A DNA stretch of 64,000 bases from an uncultured Clostridia bacterium. Its GTDB lineage: Bacteria; Bacillota; Clostridia; Christensenellales; UBA1242. Positions 37,909 to 50,115 of the stretch are shown here, one piece after another. Position numbers and translations under genes: made by a program. The number at the start of each line of letters is the position of its first letter. Within the stretch, counting starts at the first letter, position 1. The notes beneath the pieces are model-generated. The model saw only the letters and a list, made by a program, of their open reading frames with translations. It had not been told where the DNA came from and ran no database searches. Location of the stretch: NCBI GenBank assembly GCA_944384535.1, contig CALWTS010000005.1:73870-137869 (forward strand), read 5' to 3'.

Positions 37909-38193
37909 TTATATTTCTTTGAATTCGTTGATTCCTTTTTCAAATAAAACCTTTGAATTGGGATCAAGTTTAAACAACAAACCAAACAGTTCTCCTACAT
38001 GAACTTTTTCCTCATCAGCAATATGTCTTAAAGTTTCTTGAGCTTTAAAATCATTTGTTTGTTCTATATGATTTTCATATTGAATTATAGCTTCTAATTC
38101 TCCTATTATATCTTCTCTTGTATTTTGAATAGTTATAAAATTATTACTTTTATTTTGGGAACCATTATCTAATATGCTTAAAAATCTTCTCAT
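37909..38193 (-). CDS. Encapsulated-ferritin-like (EncFtn family) protein with no recognisable cargo-loading peptide
   Basis: GELEAIIQYENHIEQTNDFKAQETLRHIADEEKVHVGELFGLLFKLDP matches the E..E....Y...(18)...H..DEEK.H pattern of EncFtn ferroxidase-site helices. Confidence 0.7.
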   Translation of the reverse strand: MRRFLSILDNGSQNKSNNFITIQNTREDIIGELEAIIQYENHIEQTNDFKAQETLRHIADEEKVHVGELFGLLFKLDPNSKVLFEKGINEFKEI

Positions 38194-38238
38194 AAACCAC
38201 CCCCTTTATATTTTTATGTATTTTTTTTAAAATATGTT

Positions 38239-38268
38239 AAAAAAAAAGAAGTTTGTTAACAAACTTCT
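38239..38268 (-). terminator. Intrinsic terminator overlapping the clpX stop codon
   Basis: Perfect palindrome AGAAGTTTGTT/AACAAACTTCT with a T-run on the - strand. Confidence 0.7.
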
Positions 38269-39512
38269 TTTTTATCAACAGATTTTTTTATAATCTTTAA
38301 TTCACCATTTTCCAATTCTATATATTTATCTGTTACAATTATTTTTTCAACATCTTTTAAACTTGGAGCATCATACATTATTTGCATCATTTTAGATTCT
38401 ATTATTGTTCTCAAACCTCTAGCTCCTGTTTTTAATTCCATAGCTTTTTTTGCTATTGCTCTAACTGCTTCATCAGAAAATTCAATTTCGATATCATCCA
38501 TTTTAAACATTAAATGATATTGCTTAATTATAGAATTCTTAGGTTCTGTTAATATTTTAACTAAAGCATCTTCATCAAGATCATCCAAACCAACAACAAC
38601 AGGTAATCTTCCAATAAATTCTGGAATTAATCCAAACTTAATAAGATCATTTGGTTGAATGTTTTTTATTAAGTTTGTTTTTTTCTTCTCTTCCAAAGAT
38701 TTTATATCTGCATTAAAACCCAAAACCGTTTCATTTTCTCGGGATTCTATAATTTTATCTATACCAACGAATGCTCCTCCACAAATAAATAAAATATTTG
38801 TAGTATCTATTTGAAGCATCTCTTGATGTGGGTGTTTTCTTCCACCTTGAGGAGGAACATTTGCAACAGTACTTTCTAAAATTTTAAGCAATGCTTGTTG
38901 CACTCCTTCCCCTGCAACATCTCTTGTAATAGATACATTCTGAGTTTTTCTAGCTATTTTATCTATCTCATCAATATAAATTATACCTCTTTGAGCTTTT
39001 TCAATGTCGTAATCTGCATTTTGAATTAATTTTAATAATATGTTTTCAACATCATCGCCAACATATCCTGCTTCAGTTAATGTTGTCGCATCAGCAGCAG
39101 CAAACGGAACTTTTAAAATTTTAGCAAGTGTTTTAGCAAGTAGTGTTTTTCCAGAACCTGTTGGCCCTATCATTAATATATTACTTTTTTCAAGTTCAAC
39201 ATCATCCTTTTTTAGATCATTATCAAAGTTGTAATTTAATCTTTTATAATGATTATAAACTGCAACAGCCAAAACTCTTTTAGCCTCATCTTGTCCTATT
39301 ATATATTCATCTAATCTTTCTTTAATTTCTTTAGGAGATGGTAAATCAATTTTTTCGAATGTCGATTTTTTTGTTACATCAGTTATTATATCTTTACAAA
39401 TTTCTATGCATTCATCACAAATAAAAGCTTCTCCATTCGGACTCGCAATAAGTTTTTTTGCATCTCTTTGATTTTTTCCACAAAAGCTACATTTACATTC
39501 TATATCCGACAT
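38256..39512 (-). CDS. clpX: ATP-dependent Clp protease ATP-binding subunit ClpX
   Basis: Zinc finger CSFCGK...CDEC, Walker [19 protein letters not shown] and GARGLR. Confidence 0.98.
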   Translation of the reverse strand: MSDIECKCSFCGKNQRDAKKLIASPNGEAFICDECIEICKDIITDVTKKSTFEKIDLPSPKEIKERLDEYIIGQDEAKRVLAVAVYNHYKRLNYNFDNDLKKDDVELEKSNILMIGPTGSGKTLLAKTLAKILKVPFAAADATTLTEAGYVGDDVENILLKLIQNADYDIEKAQRGIIYIDEIDKIARKTQNVSITRDVAGEGVQQALLKILESTVANVPPQGGRKHPHQEMLQIDTTNILFICGGAFVGIDKIIESRENETVLGFNADIKSLEEKKKTNLIKNIQPNDLIKFGLIPEFIGRLPVVVGLDDLDEDALVKILTEPKNSIIKQYHLMFKMDDIEIEFSDEAVRAIAKKAMELKTGARGLRTIIESKMMQIMYDAPSLKDVEKIIVTDKYIELENGELKIIKKSVDKKEVC

Positions 39513-39525
39513 CTCGCCTCCTTAA

Positions 39526-40116
39526 TTATGCTTGCTTTTTTCTTGAAACAAAAATTTCATCTATAATCCCATAATCTTTAGCTTCTTGTGCAGTCATATA
39601 ATTGTCTCTATCTGTATCTTTTTCAACTATTTCTAAAGGTTTTCCTGTATTTTCACTTAACATTAAATTCATTCTTTCTTTTATATATTGAATATGATTT
39701 GCTTGAATTTGAATATCACTAACCTGTCCTTGAGCTCCACCTAAAGGTTGATGAATCATAATTTCACTATTTGGCAAAGCAAACCTCTTTCCTTTAGTGC
39801 CTCCAGCTAACAAGAACGCACCCATTGAAGCAGCTCTTCCAACACATATAGTAGAAACATCACATTTAATATATTTCATTGTATCATAAATTGCTAAACC
39901 CGCAGAAACACTACCTCCTGGGCTATTAATATAAATATATATGTCTTTATTAGGATTTTTACCTTCTAAATAAATTAATTGTGCTACAATAATATTCGCA
40001 ACATTGTCATCAATTTCTCCATTTAGAAAAATAATTCTATCCTCTAGCAATCTAGAATATATATCGTAAGATCTTTCACTATTTCCTGTTTGATCTACTA
40101 CCATTGGAATTAACAT
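39526..40116 (-). CDS. clpP: ATP-dependent Clp protease proteolytic subunit
   Basis: [29 protein letters not shown] (Ser) and IMIHQPLGG (His). The start is moved to the ATG after GGGAGG. Confidence 0.97.
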   Translation of the reverse strand: MLIPMVVDQTGNSERSYDIYSRLLEDRIIFLNGEIDDNVANIIVAQLIYLEGKNPNKDIYIYINSPGGSVSAGLAIYDTMKYIKCDVSTICVGRAASMGAFLLAGGTKGKRFALPNSEIMIHQPLGGAQGQVSDIQIQANHIQYIKERMNLMLSENTGKPLEIVEKDTDRDNYMTAQEAKDYGIIDEIFVSRKKQA

Positions 40117-40175
40117 TATTATCCTCCCCAAAAATAAAATAAATATACTTTTAATTATTATGATTCTTAAGTTTT

Positions 40176-41450
40176 CTAATTAACTTTTGATTTGATAAAA
40201 TTCAAAACTTTCATCATCATTGCACTATTTTCAAAATAAGCATAATCATCTGGAGACATAGCTTTTTTAAAATCTTCAACAGTCATTTGATATTTTTGTG
40301 CATAGTCATTAATTGATTTATCCAATTCATCACTAGTAATAGAAATATTATTTTCAGAAATCAATTTTTGTAATACTAATCTTGTTCTTATGTTTTTTTC
40401 AGCATCATCAGTTCTTTCTTTTTTAAAATCATCAAGTGTTTTACCAACATATTGAAGATAACTATCTAAAGTCATACCCTGATGAGATAATCTATGCTCA
40501 AAATCTTCAATAATGTGATGAACTTCATGGTCAATCATTGATTGTGGTACTTGAATATCTGACTTATCTGCAATCGCATCAAGTAATTTAACCTCATAAT
40601 TTCTTTCAATACGTTCTTCTGCAATCTTTGTTAAATTTTCTTTAATTGATTTTTTATATTCCTCTAAAGTTTCAAATTCAGTTGTGTCTGAAACATACTT
40701 ATCATTTATTTCAGGAAGGACTTTTCTTTCTATTTTTTTAATGATTATTTTAAAAACTGCAGGTTTTCCTTTAAGATTATCTGCGTGATAGTCAGATGGA
40801 AAAACAACATTCACATCTTTTTCATCGCCCTTTTTTAATCCTATTAATTGATCTTCAAAACCTTCAATAAAAGTATGGGAACCTAACTCAAGTTTATAAT
40901 CTTTAGCTTCTCCCCCATCAAATTTATTACCTTCTACAAAACCTGTGAAATCAATTGTGACATAATCACCTTTTCCAGCTTCTTTATCTTCTTCTACAAA
41001 TCTAGCATGAGCGACCCTTTCATTTTCAATTTCTTTTAAAACATCTTCTTCTGTAACTTTAATTTCATCTTTAGATACTTTAATTTTTGATAAATCTGGT
41101 AATGAAAATTCTGGCATTAAATCGAAAATTAATGTTGCCTCAAGTCCTTTATCTATAGTAAAAGAATTCATATCAACTCTAGGTTGAGATACAGGAACAA
41201 CATCTTTGTTTTCAGATAAAAATTTAGAATATTCTTCTGAAATAATCATATCAAATGCATCATCAAAAAATACAGTATCTCCATAATTTTGTTCTATAAC
41301 TTTTTTAGGTGCTTTTCCTTTTCTAAACCCCTGAATATTATACCTAGATTTGTTTTTTTCATAGGATGCATCAACAGCCCTATCCCATTCTTCTTTTGTA
41401 GCTTTAATCTTTAAAACACATTGTTTATTTTTTTTCTCAAACGTATACAT
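40176..41450 (-). CDS. tig: Trigger factor
   Basis: [14 protein letters not shown] signature and FKBP-type middle domain. 424 aa. Lies upstream of clpP-clpX. Confidence 0.95.
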   Translation of the reverse strand: MYTFEKKNKQCVLKIKATKEEWDRAVDASYEKNKSRYNIQGFRKGKAPKKVIEQNYGDTVFFDDAFDMIISEEYSKFLSENKDVVPVSQPRVDMNSFTIDKGLEATLIFDLMPEFSLPDLSKIKVSKDEIKVTEEDVLKEIENERVAHARFVEEDKEAGKGDYVTIDFTGFVEGNKFDGGEAKDYKLELGSHTFIEGFEDQLIGLKKGDEKDVNVVFPSDYHADNLKGKPAVFKIIIKKIERKVLPEINDKYVSDTTEFETLEEYKKSIKENLTKIAEERIERNYEVKLLDAIADKSDIQVPQSMIDHEVHHIIEDFEHRLSHQGMTLDSYLQYVGKTLDDFKKERTDDAEKNIRTRLVLQKLISENNISITSDELDKSINDYAQKYQMTVEDFKKAMSPDDYAYFENSAMMMKVLNFIKSKVN

Positions 41451-41572
41451 TTATAAATCTCCTTTCAAACAACTAAATGCAGGATAATGATAGCATATTA
41501 ATAAATTTTTCGCAAATAAATAATCTTAATTTAAAAAAAATAAAACCGAGAATAATATCGAATAAAAATTAA

Positions 41573-41947
41573 TTAAATTTTTATCATAGAAATTATTGAA
41601 ATTACTATAAGTGATACTAAAAATAAAATTTTTACCCATTCTATAAATTTATATTTTAAAATGCTTTTTTTATATTTTTTTATATATTCCTGTTTGTTAT
41701 TCTCTATATCTTGTGATGTAATATCACTAATATTTATTAATTCTGCACAAAACATTTTAAACCCTTCCAAATCTTTTGTTCTAAATTCATAGATATAATC
41801 TAAAATAATTACTATTATCCAATAAAAAGATATTACAATTAGAATACTAATAGAAAAATAAACGAAGCCAGCCCAAACTGACCTCAAAAAAGCAAATAAT
41901 AGAATTAACAATATTGCACTTATCGTAACAAAAATTTTATTTTTCAT
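41573..41947 (-). CDS. Hypothetical membrane protein (124 aa, 3 TM helices)
   Basis: Hydrophobic N-terminal and C-terminal segments. No family recognised. Confidence 0.45.
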   Translation of the reverse strand: MKNKIFVTISAILLILLFAFLRSVWAGFVYFSISILIVISFYWIIVIILDYIYEFRTKDLEGFKMFCAELINISDITSQDIENNKQEYIKKYKKSILKYKFIEWVKILFLVSLIVISIISMIKI

Positions 41948-41972
41948 TATATTATTTTTCCAATATCATAAA

Positions 41973-42323
41973 TTAAATCGTTAGTATAAACAAAACAACT
42001 ATAGTAACCACAAATACAACATAACAAACTATCCAACCAACCTGTTTATGATTTTTGACCCAAGAAAAAGCCAAAATAATACAAATTATATAAGCAATTA
42101 CTTCACCCACCGCTCCAAAAGCATCAGACAATTTCGTATCGCCTTTAAATATCAATGTAAATAACAGTGCTAAAGCAATACAACCTATCCCAATATACGA
42201 AACTAATGCTAGCAAAGAACTAAAATTAATTTTTAATTTTGATTTTTCTTTTTTATTATCTAGAATTATTCTATCTTTTATATCCTGATGCTCATCTTTG
42301 TTTTTTATATTTTCCTCATTCAT
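41973..42323 (-). CDS. Hypothetical membrane protein (116 aa, charged N-terminus and 3 TM helices)
   Basis: Starts 8 nt after the gap stop. No family recognised. Confidence 0.5.
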   Translation of the reverse strand: MNEENIKNKDEHQDIKDRIILDNKKEKSKLKINFSSLLALVSYIGIGCIALALLFTLIFKGDTKLSDAFGAVGEVIAYIICIILAFSWVKNHKQVGWIVCYVVFVVTIVVLFILTI

Positions 42324-42330
42324 TTTTACC

Positions 42331-44161
<1,831 letters not shown>

Positions 44162-44168
44162 ACACACC

Positions 44169-44591
44169 TCAAAATTTTTTTATCCTTCTTGCATGCCTTC
44201 CACCTTCAAAGTCAGTTGTTAAAAATACTTTAATAATTTTTATTGCTTTTCGAACGCTTGTATATCTTCCGGATAAACATAAAACGTTTGCATCGTTATG
44301 TCTTCTAGCTAAAGAGGCGAAATTTTCATTTAAACAAAGTGCTGCTCTTATTTTAGGATTTTTGTTTGCAACCATACTCATTCCAATACCGGTTCCACAA
44401 ATGTAAATTCCGACATTTCTAGGATCTTCTAAAACCTTGGCATTGCCCGCTTTAGCAAAATCAGGATAATCATCAAGTTGTTCTCTAGAATAACATCCTA
44501 CATCAATTGCAATAATATTTTCTTTATTAAAAAATTTTTTAATTTCTTCTTTTAAAATAAAACCTGCATGATCACTTGCTAAAATTATCAT
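44169..44591 (-). CDS. rpiB: Ribose-5-phosphate isomerase B
   Basis: IILASDHAGF and CGTGIGMSMVANK. The start is placed at the ATG after GGAGAG. Confidence 0.93.
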   Translation of the reverse strand: MIILASDHAGFILKEEIKKFFNKENIIAIDVGCYSREQLDDYPDFAKAGNAKVLEDPRNVGIYICGTGIGMSMVANKNPKIRAALCLNENFASLARRHNDANVLCLSGRYTSVRKAIKIIKVFLTTDFEGGRHARRIKKF

Positions 44592-45016
44592 ATATCTCTC
44601 CATTTTTTTATATTATTTAATAAAACTTCTATACCTACTTCTAAATCCTTTGCTACGTTAATGTAATCACTTAAATCTTTACCATAAGGATCTTGTATGT
44701 TTCTTCCTATCAAAGAAGAAAACGAAATCACTTTGTCTGTTTTTATTTTTTCTTTTTGCTGATCAGTCATTGTTACATATAAAGTATTTTTATCAATTTT
44801 TCCCAATTTTATAGATTTACGATTTATTGAAGAAGCTTTAAATAATTTTAGAGTTTTCTTTGCTTTGTCAGTAATCATTTCTCCATTTGCGTTTAATCCA
44901 CGTGAAAATACTTTTATATCAAAAGCATTAAGAGTTTTTAATTTTTTTTTCATTAAACGTTCTGCCATAATTGATCTACAAGTATTTCCGGTACAAATAA
45001 AGCAAATTTTAATCAT
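44588..45016 (-). CDS. Low-molecular-weight protein phosphatase (YwlE-like arginine/tyrosine phosphatase)
   Basis: P-loop ICFICTGNTCRS and DPYG near the C-terminus. Paired with rpiB as in ywlE-ywlF. Confidence 0.88.
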   Translation of the reverse strand: MIKICFICTGNTCRSIMAERLMKKKLKTLNAFDIKVFSRGLNANGEMITDKAKKTLKLFKASSINRKSIKLGKIDKNTLYVTMTDQQKEKIKTDKVISFSSLIGRNIQDPYGKDLSDYINVAKDLEVGIEVLLNNIKKWRDI

Positions 45017-45088
45017 AAATCCCCACTTAGATAAGTTTAACATAATAACAAAAAATAACAAAACAAAATTTATTACTTGTTTTCTTTA

Positions 45089-45406
45089 TTATAAATTTAA
45101 CTTATTATTTTTATATAGTTTATCTAGGTTATATTTAGCTCGTATATTAGATACGAAAGAATGAATTACAAATTCACCAAAATCAAAAACTATCCAATCT
45201 CCTTTATTATATCCTTCAGGAAATTCCTGTAGTTTTAAATCTTCCATTAATTGTAAAGCAAACTTTTTATTTGAAATGTTGTTATTATTGGAAACAATAC
45301 ATACAAAATCATTAAAACAACTTTCTTTTGAAAGATCATAAATTGATATATCTTTACATTTTTTTTCACATAAATACTTATAAATTTCTTCAATATTTTT
45401 AATCAC
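45089..45406 (-). CDS. rsfS: Ribosome silencing factor RsfS
   Basis: DISIYDL..., DWIVFDFGEFVIHSF...R..YNLDKLY. GTG start. Confidence 0.88.
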   Translation of the reverse strand: MIKNIEEIYKYLCEKKCKDISIYDLSKESCFNDFVCIVSNNNNISNKKFALQLMEDLKLQEFPEGYNKGDWIVFDFGEFVIHSFVSNIRAKYNLDKLYKNNKLNL

Positions 45407-45434
45407 ATTTCCCCCAATCTATTCTCTAATAATT

Positions 45435-45463
45435 ATTATAAATAATTGTCAAAATATTGTCAA
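45435..45463 (-). promoter_or_regulatory. Sigma-A type promoter of the rsfS operon
   Basis: On the - strand: TTGACA, 17-nt spacer, TATAAT. A second TTGACA lies 11 nt downstream, seen as the tandem ATTGTCAA repeat on the + strand. Confidence 0.6.
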
Positions 45464-45526
45464 TTTATTTACTACTATTCTAAAATTAATGTCTAAATCT
45501 TGAAAAACTTGTTAATAAATTAAGAT

Positions 45527-46345
45527 ATGAAAAAATTTTTATTAATGCTCCAATTTTTTTTAAAAATGGGTTTGGTTTTTGTTCTTGTTTTTATTTGGTG
45601 TAAATTTTTTCTTAATGATTTATATTTATCAATTTTAATTTCTATTTTATTAATTTTTATTACAACAATAATAATCACTTTAATTACCAAAAAAAGTTTA
45701 AAAGAAACTTCACTTAAAATAAAAGAAAAAGAAGAAGCCGAAGATATGTTTTTATCTCTATCATCACAGACAAATTCGTTCCAAATCGATTTTTTTTACA
45801 ATCTTATTAAAACAAGACATCAAGTTGTTTACAAAAAAAGTAGGTATGTTTTACTATCACAAACACATTCAAATTATTCTAAAACAATATTATATCCATT
45901 TTTAAAATTTCAAAAATTTCAAGTGGATGACCTACTAACTTTAATTAAATTATCAAAAAAAGACAATCCAAATAAAATTGTAATTGTCTGTAATGAATAT
46001 GAGAAATCACTATCCACATTTATTAAAAACCAAAACATAGAAATTGTTTTGCTAGATAAATATGAGGTTTATAAAAATCTATACCAAGAATATGAATTTT
46101 ATCCAAAAATTATTACAAAATCTAAGAAAGAAATCAAAAAAACTATGAGAGATTTTTTATCTTTTGCGTTTAACAAATCAAGAACAAAGAGTTATATTAT
46201 ATCTTCACTATTATTATTTTTAAGTTCCTTTTGGATAGGAATGAATTTATATTATAATATTGTTTCTTCGATTCTTCTTATTTTTGCACTTATTTCTTAT
46301 TTGAATCCAAAATACAATACGAAATCATACAATGAATTGCTTTAA
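45527..46345 (+). CDS. Hypothetical membrane protein (2 N-terminal TM helices, about 150-aa soluble domain, 2 C-terminal TM helices)
   Basis: Opposite-strand gene inserted between yhbY and rsfS. The central KIVIVCNEYEKSLSTFIKNQNIEIVLLD region is faintly reminiscent of restriction-endonuclease-like folds, but this is not supportable without a search. Confidence 0.5.
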   Translation: MKKFLLMLQFFLKMGLVFVLVFIWCKFFLNDLYLSILISILLIFITTIIITLITKKSLKETSLKIKEKEEAEDMFLSLSSQTNSFQIDFFYNLIKTRHQVVYKKSRYVLLSQTHSNYSKTILYPFLKFQKFQVDDLLTLIKLSKKDNPNKIVIVCNEYEKSLSTFIKNQNIEIVLLDKYEVYKNLYQEYEFYPKIITKSKKEIKKTMRDFLSFAFNKSRTKSYIISSLLLFLSSFWIGMNLYYNIVSSILLIFALISYLNPKYNTKSYNELL

Positions 46346-46638
46346 ATTAATTCTATGTGTTTGAAATTTTTTTTGGATGATTTCCTATACAAAATTATTT
46401 TTGAGCCTATTATTTGAACTGGTTCAGCTTTTAATTTATCACAAATTAATTTCTTTATTTCATTAGGTGTAAGTTCACAATTTTTTAAAACATTTATTTT
46501 AATTAATTCTCTTGATTCTAATAATCCTTCCAAAGTTGCAAAAGAATTTTCTGTTAATCCATCTTTACCTATTTGCATTACACAATCTAAAGCATTTCCT
46601 AAAGCTCTCAAATAAGCTCTCTGTTTAGTACTAATCAT
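46342..46638 (-). CDS. yhbY: YhbY/CRM-domain RNA-binding protein
   Basis: STKQRAYLRALGNALDCVMQIGKDGLTEN...LIKINVL. The start is placed at the ATG after AAAGAGG. Confidence 0.85.
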   Translation of the reverse strand: MISTKQRAYLRALGNALDCVMQIGKDGLTENSFATLEGLLESRELIKINVLKNCELTPNEIKKLICDKLKAEPVQIIGSKIILYRKSSKKNFKHIELI

Positions 46639-46649
46639 AACAACCTCTT

Positions 46650-47918
46650 TCAATCAAAATATTCAAAAGCGATATCTTTAATTTTTACAGTATCGCCATT
46701 TTTAAGTCCCTTATTTTTTAACATCTCAATAATACCCATTTCCTGTAATCTCTTTTGGAAATATGCAAATGATCTAGTATCTGAAAGGACAATACCTCTA
46801 ATAAAATTATCAATTTTACCACCAGATATAACAAAAGCACCTTCATCATCTCTTGAAATTAATATAGAATTAATATCTTTTTCATCAAAATCAAATTTTT
46901 CAATTTCTATTGGCGGTTTTTTGGGAATTTTAGTCAAAAGTTCCAAAGTTTTTAATTTTAATTTTTCTATTCCCTGATAAGTTGCACCTGAAATAAGAAT
47001 GTAATTTTTGCCGATTAAATTCTCAAAACGTTTAATTCTTTCATTTAAAGTTTGTTGATCTAACAAATCAATTTTTGTTAAAACATTAATCTGTGGAGTA
47101 TTTGCTAAATTAGAACTATATTTTGATAATTCTTCGTTAATAGTAATATAATCTTCTATAAAATCTCTCCCATCACTTTGTGATATATCAACCAAATGCA
47201 AAATTAAACGAACTCTTTCAATATGTCTTAAAAAATAATGTCCTAAACCTTGTCCTTCACTAGCACCTTCAATTAATCCCGGAATATCAGCAACAACAAA
47301 CGTTTGTCCCTTCACTTCACAAACTCCCAAATTTGGATATAAAGTTGTAAAAGGATAATTAGCAATCTTAGGATTTGCATTAGAAATACATGAAAGAAGT
47401 GTTGATTTGCCAGCATTAGGAAATCCAACAAGTCCTACATCTGCAATAGTTTTTAATTCTAAAATTACTTCATGTTGTTTAGTAATTTCTCCTGTTTGAG
47501 AGTAATGAGGAGCTTGTTTTATAGATGATTTATAATAGGCATTTCCATGGCCACCTTGTCCACCTTTTAATGCTAAAAACTCCATGCCATCATAATAAAG
47601 ATCGGCTATCACTTTATCAGATTTAGAATCTTTAATGATAGTTCCGCAAGGAACTTTAATAATAATATCTTTTCCATTTGCTCCAGTTTGTAATTTTTTT
47701 GCTCCGTTTTCACCATTCTCAGCAAAGAATTTTTTATGAAAACGAAAATCATATAATGTATTAATTTTTTCAGATGCTAAAAATATTACATTACCACCTT
47801 TTCCACCATCTCCACCATCTGGACCTCCATTGGCTGTTTGAGCATTACGCAAAAAAGAGGTTGCACCATTGCCCCCATTTCCTGCTTTAATAATAATTTT
47901 TGCTCTATCTAAAAACAT
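46650..47918 (-). CDS. obg: GTPase ObgE/CgtA
   Basis: MFLDRAKIIIKAGNGGNG, glycine-rich Obg fold, G1 GFPNAGKST, DIPGLIEGA and C-terminal TGS-like domain. The start is placed at the ATG after GAGGAG. Confidence 0.96.
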   Translation of the reverse strand: MFLDRAKIIIKAGNGGNGATSFLRNAQTANGGPDGGDGGKGGNVIFLASEKINTLYDFRFHKKFFAENGENGAKKLQTGANGKDIIIKVPCGTIIKDSKSDKVIADLYYDGMEFLALKGGQGGHGNAYYKSSIKQAPHYSQTGEITKQHEVILELKTIADVGLVGFPNAGKSTLLSCISNANPKIANYPFTTLYPNLGVCEVKGQTFVVADIPGLIEGASEGQGLGHYFLRHIERVRLILHLVDISQSDGRDFIEDYITINEELSKYSSNLANTPQINVLTKIDLLDQQTLNERIKRFENLIGKNYILISGATYQGIEKLKLKTLELLTKIPKKPPIEIEKFDFDEKDINSILISRDDEGAFVISGGKIDNFIRGIVLSDTRSFAYFQKRLQEMGIIEMLKNKGLKNGDTVKIKDIAFEYFD

Positions 47919-47972
47919 ACAAAACTCCTCTAAATTATTCATTATCACAAATATAGTATTTTGTTTAATATA

Positions 47973-48599
47973 TTACCTACTATTTATAGTATTATAGTAG
48001 CAAATTGCATTAAGAGGACAATTCTTACAATTAGGTTTTTGAGCTTTACAAATATACCTACCTAAAAGAACCATTTGTAAATGTAACCTACTCCAATCTT
48101 TTTTATCAAAAATCTTCATCAATTGATTTTCACATGTAAAAACATCTTTTGTTTTAACAATTCCCAATCTGTTCGACACTCTAAAGACATGTGTATCAAC
48201 AGCAAAAGCATCTCCTTTATAAAATTCTGAAATTATGACATTTGCTGTTTTTCTACCCACTCCTGGCAACTTTTGAAGTTGATTTGCATCTGAAGGAACA
48301 CATCCATTATATTGTTCTTTTAATATTTTACTCATTTCAATAATATTTTTAGCCTTGTTGTGATAAAATCCACAACTTCTGATTTTTTTTTCTAATTCAT
48401 TTATCCCCAAATTTAAAATTTTTTCAGGAGTGTTATACTTTTTAAAAAGTTGCTCAGTAACAATATTTACCCTCTTATCAGTACATTGCGCAGAAAGTAT
48501 AACTGCAATAAGTAGTTCATAACAAGTCGTATAGTTTAATTCACATTTTGGATTTGGAAATTGCTTGTTTAAAATAGATACAATTTTTTCGTTATTCAT
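47973..48599 (-). CDS. nth: Endonuclease III
   Basis: HhH-GPD LPGVGRKTANV, catalytic D in AVDTHV, and the 4Fe-4S cluster C..C..C...C at the C-terminus. Confidence 0.95.
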   Translation of the reverse strand: MNNEKIVSILNKQFPNPKCELNYTTCYELLIAVILSAQCTDKRVNIVTEQLFKKYNTPEKILNLGINELEKKIRSCGFYHNKAKNIIEMSKILKEQYNGCVPSDANQLQKLPGVGRKTANVIISEFYKGDAFAVDTHVFRVSNRLGIVKTKDVFTCENQLMKIFDKKDWSRLHLQMVLLGRYICKAQKPNCKNCPLNAICYYNTINSR

Positions 48600-48601
48600 A
48601 A

Positions 48602-50065
48602 TTATTTCATTAAAGGAAACAAAACTGTATCTCTTATATTTGGCAAATCAAATATAAACTGAACAAACCTATCTATTCCAAATCCTAATCCTGAAATTGG
48701 AGGCATACCATGTTCCATACTAAGTAAGAAATCTTCATCAACATCCATCGTTTCCTCATCACCTTGTATTTTCTCTTCTAATTGTTCTTCTAACAATTTT
48801 CTTTGTAAAATAGGATCAACTAATTCAGAATATGCTTTAACTAGTTCTGTTCCACCTGCTACTATTTGAAATACGTCTATTATTCTATTATCCGCATCAT
48901 TACGTCTTGCTAAAGGCATTAATACGGCAGGATAATTATATATAATTGTAGGATTAAATATCTCTGCTCTTATTTTTCTCTTATAAATGTAATCAATTAA
49001 AGTTCTAATACTCTTACATTCTTCAAGATCATTATAGGTAAATAATCCTTTCTCTACAACTTTCTTTTTAAATGAGGATAAATCTTTTTCATCTAAAAAC
49101 TCAAACCCTAAAATTTCATGCATTTTATCAATATAATTTATTCTTGGCCACTCACCATCAAATTCAATTGTTTTGCCTTGGTAAGTAATATTTGTTTTGC
49201 CTATACAATTATTTAACAACTTTATAATCATCTCATGAAAAAATCTTAGGTTATCTTCGAAGTTCCAATATGAAGCATACCACTCTACTTGAGTAAATTC
49301 TTGAAGATGAGTAGGATCCATACCTTCATTCCTAAAATCTTTTCCTAATTCAAAAACACGATCTATTCCTGCACAAATACATTGTTTCAACCAAGTTTCT
49401 TTCGCTATTCTTAAATTGCACTCTAAATCTAGAGCATTATGATGAGTATAAAAAGGTTTAGCACTTGCACCAGAAACACTTGTTTGTAAAACGGGAGTTT
49501 CCACTTCAATAAAATCATTATCTTCGAGAAACCTTCTAATAAAAGACTCTATTTTACTACGAGTAATAAAAACTTCTCTAGATTTTTCATTAGATATAAG
49601 ATCTAAATACCTTTGTCTATATATAGTTTCTGTATCACTTAGCCCGTGAAATTTTTCTGGAAGAGACCTTAAAGTTTTAGATAAAAGCACTATTTTTTCA
49701 CAACGAATTGTAACTTCCCCTGTTTGAGTTAAATAAACTTCACCCTCTACACCAACAAAGTCCGCAATATCAATCATTTTTTTATAAAATTCATAAGACT
49801 GTTCATCTAATTCGTTTCTTCCTACAGAAACCTGAATTTTGGCATAAATGTCTCTAATTTGTATAAATCCAAATTTCCCCATTACACGTTTAAATATTAT
49901 TCTACCTGCAACTTTTACTTTTTCACCAATTTTTTCTCTTGCCTGAGCTATAGTACAAGTTCTTTCAAATTTTTCTTTATAAGGAATCTCCCCCATTGAT
50001 TTTAAATCTTCAATTTTTTTTCTTCTAATATCTACCTCATTTGAAAGCATTTGTGTATCAGCCAT
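48602..50065 (-). CDS. lysS: Lysine--tRNA ligase (class II)
   Basis: OB-fold N-terminus, FRNEGMDPTHLQEFTQVEWY and GLGFGIDR. Confidence 0.96.
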   Translation of the reverse strand: MADTQMLSNEVDIRRKKIEDLKSMGEIPYKEKFERTCTIAQAREKIGEKVKVAGRIIFKRVMGKFGFIQIRDIYAKIQVSVGRNELDEQSYEFYKKMIDIADFVGVEGEVYLTQTGEVTIRCEKIVLLSKTLRSLPEKFHGLSDTETIYRQRYLDLISNEKSREVFITRSKIESFIRRFLEDNDFIEVETPVLQTSVSGASAKPFYTHHNALDLECNLRIAKETWLKQCICAGIDRVFELGKDFRNEGMDPTHLQEFTQVEWYASYWNFEDNLRFFHEMIIKLLNNCIGKTNITYQGKTIEFDGEWPRINYIDKMHEILGFEFLDEKDLSSFKKKVVEKGLFTYNDLEECKSIRTLIDYIYKRKIRAEIFNPTIIYNYPAVLMPLARRNDADNRIIDVFQIVAGGTELVKAYSELVDPILQRKLLEEQLEEKIQGDEETMDVDEDFLLSMEHGMPPISGLGFGIDRFVQFIFDLPNIRDTVLFPLMK

Positions 50066-50115
50066 ATCAAATCTCCTTTGATTTATAACTTAACACAAAA
50101 CCACAAATAAGTCAA

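Noticed and set aside
45447-45463. Tandem ATTGTCAA-N3-ATTGTCAA repeat
   Set aside because: It is most simply explained as two overlapping TTGACA -35 boxes of the divergent rsfS and membrane-protein promoters, not as a separate repeat element.
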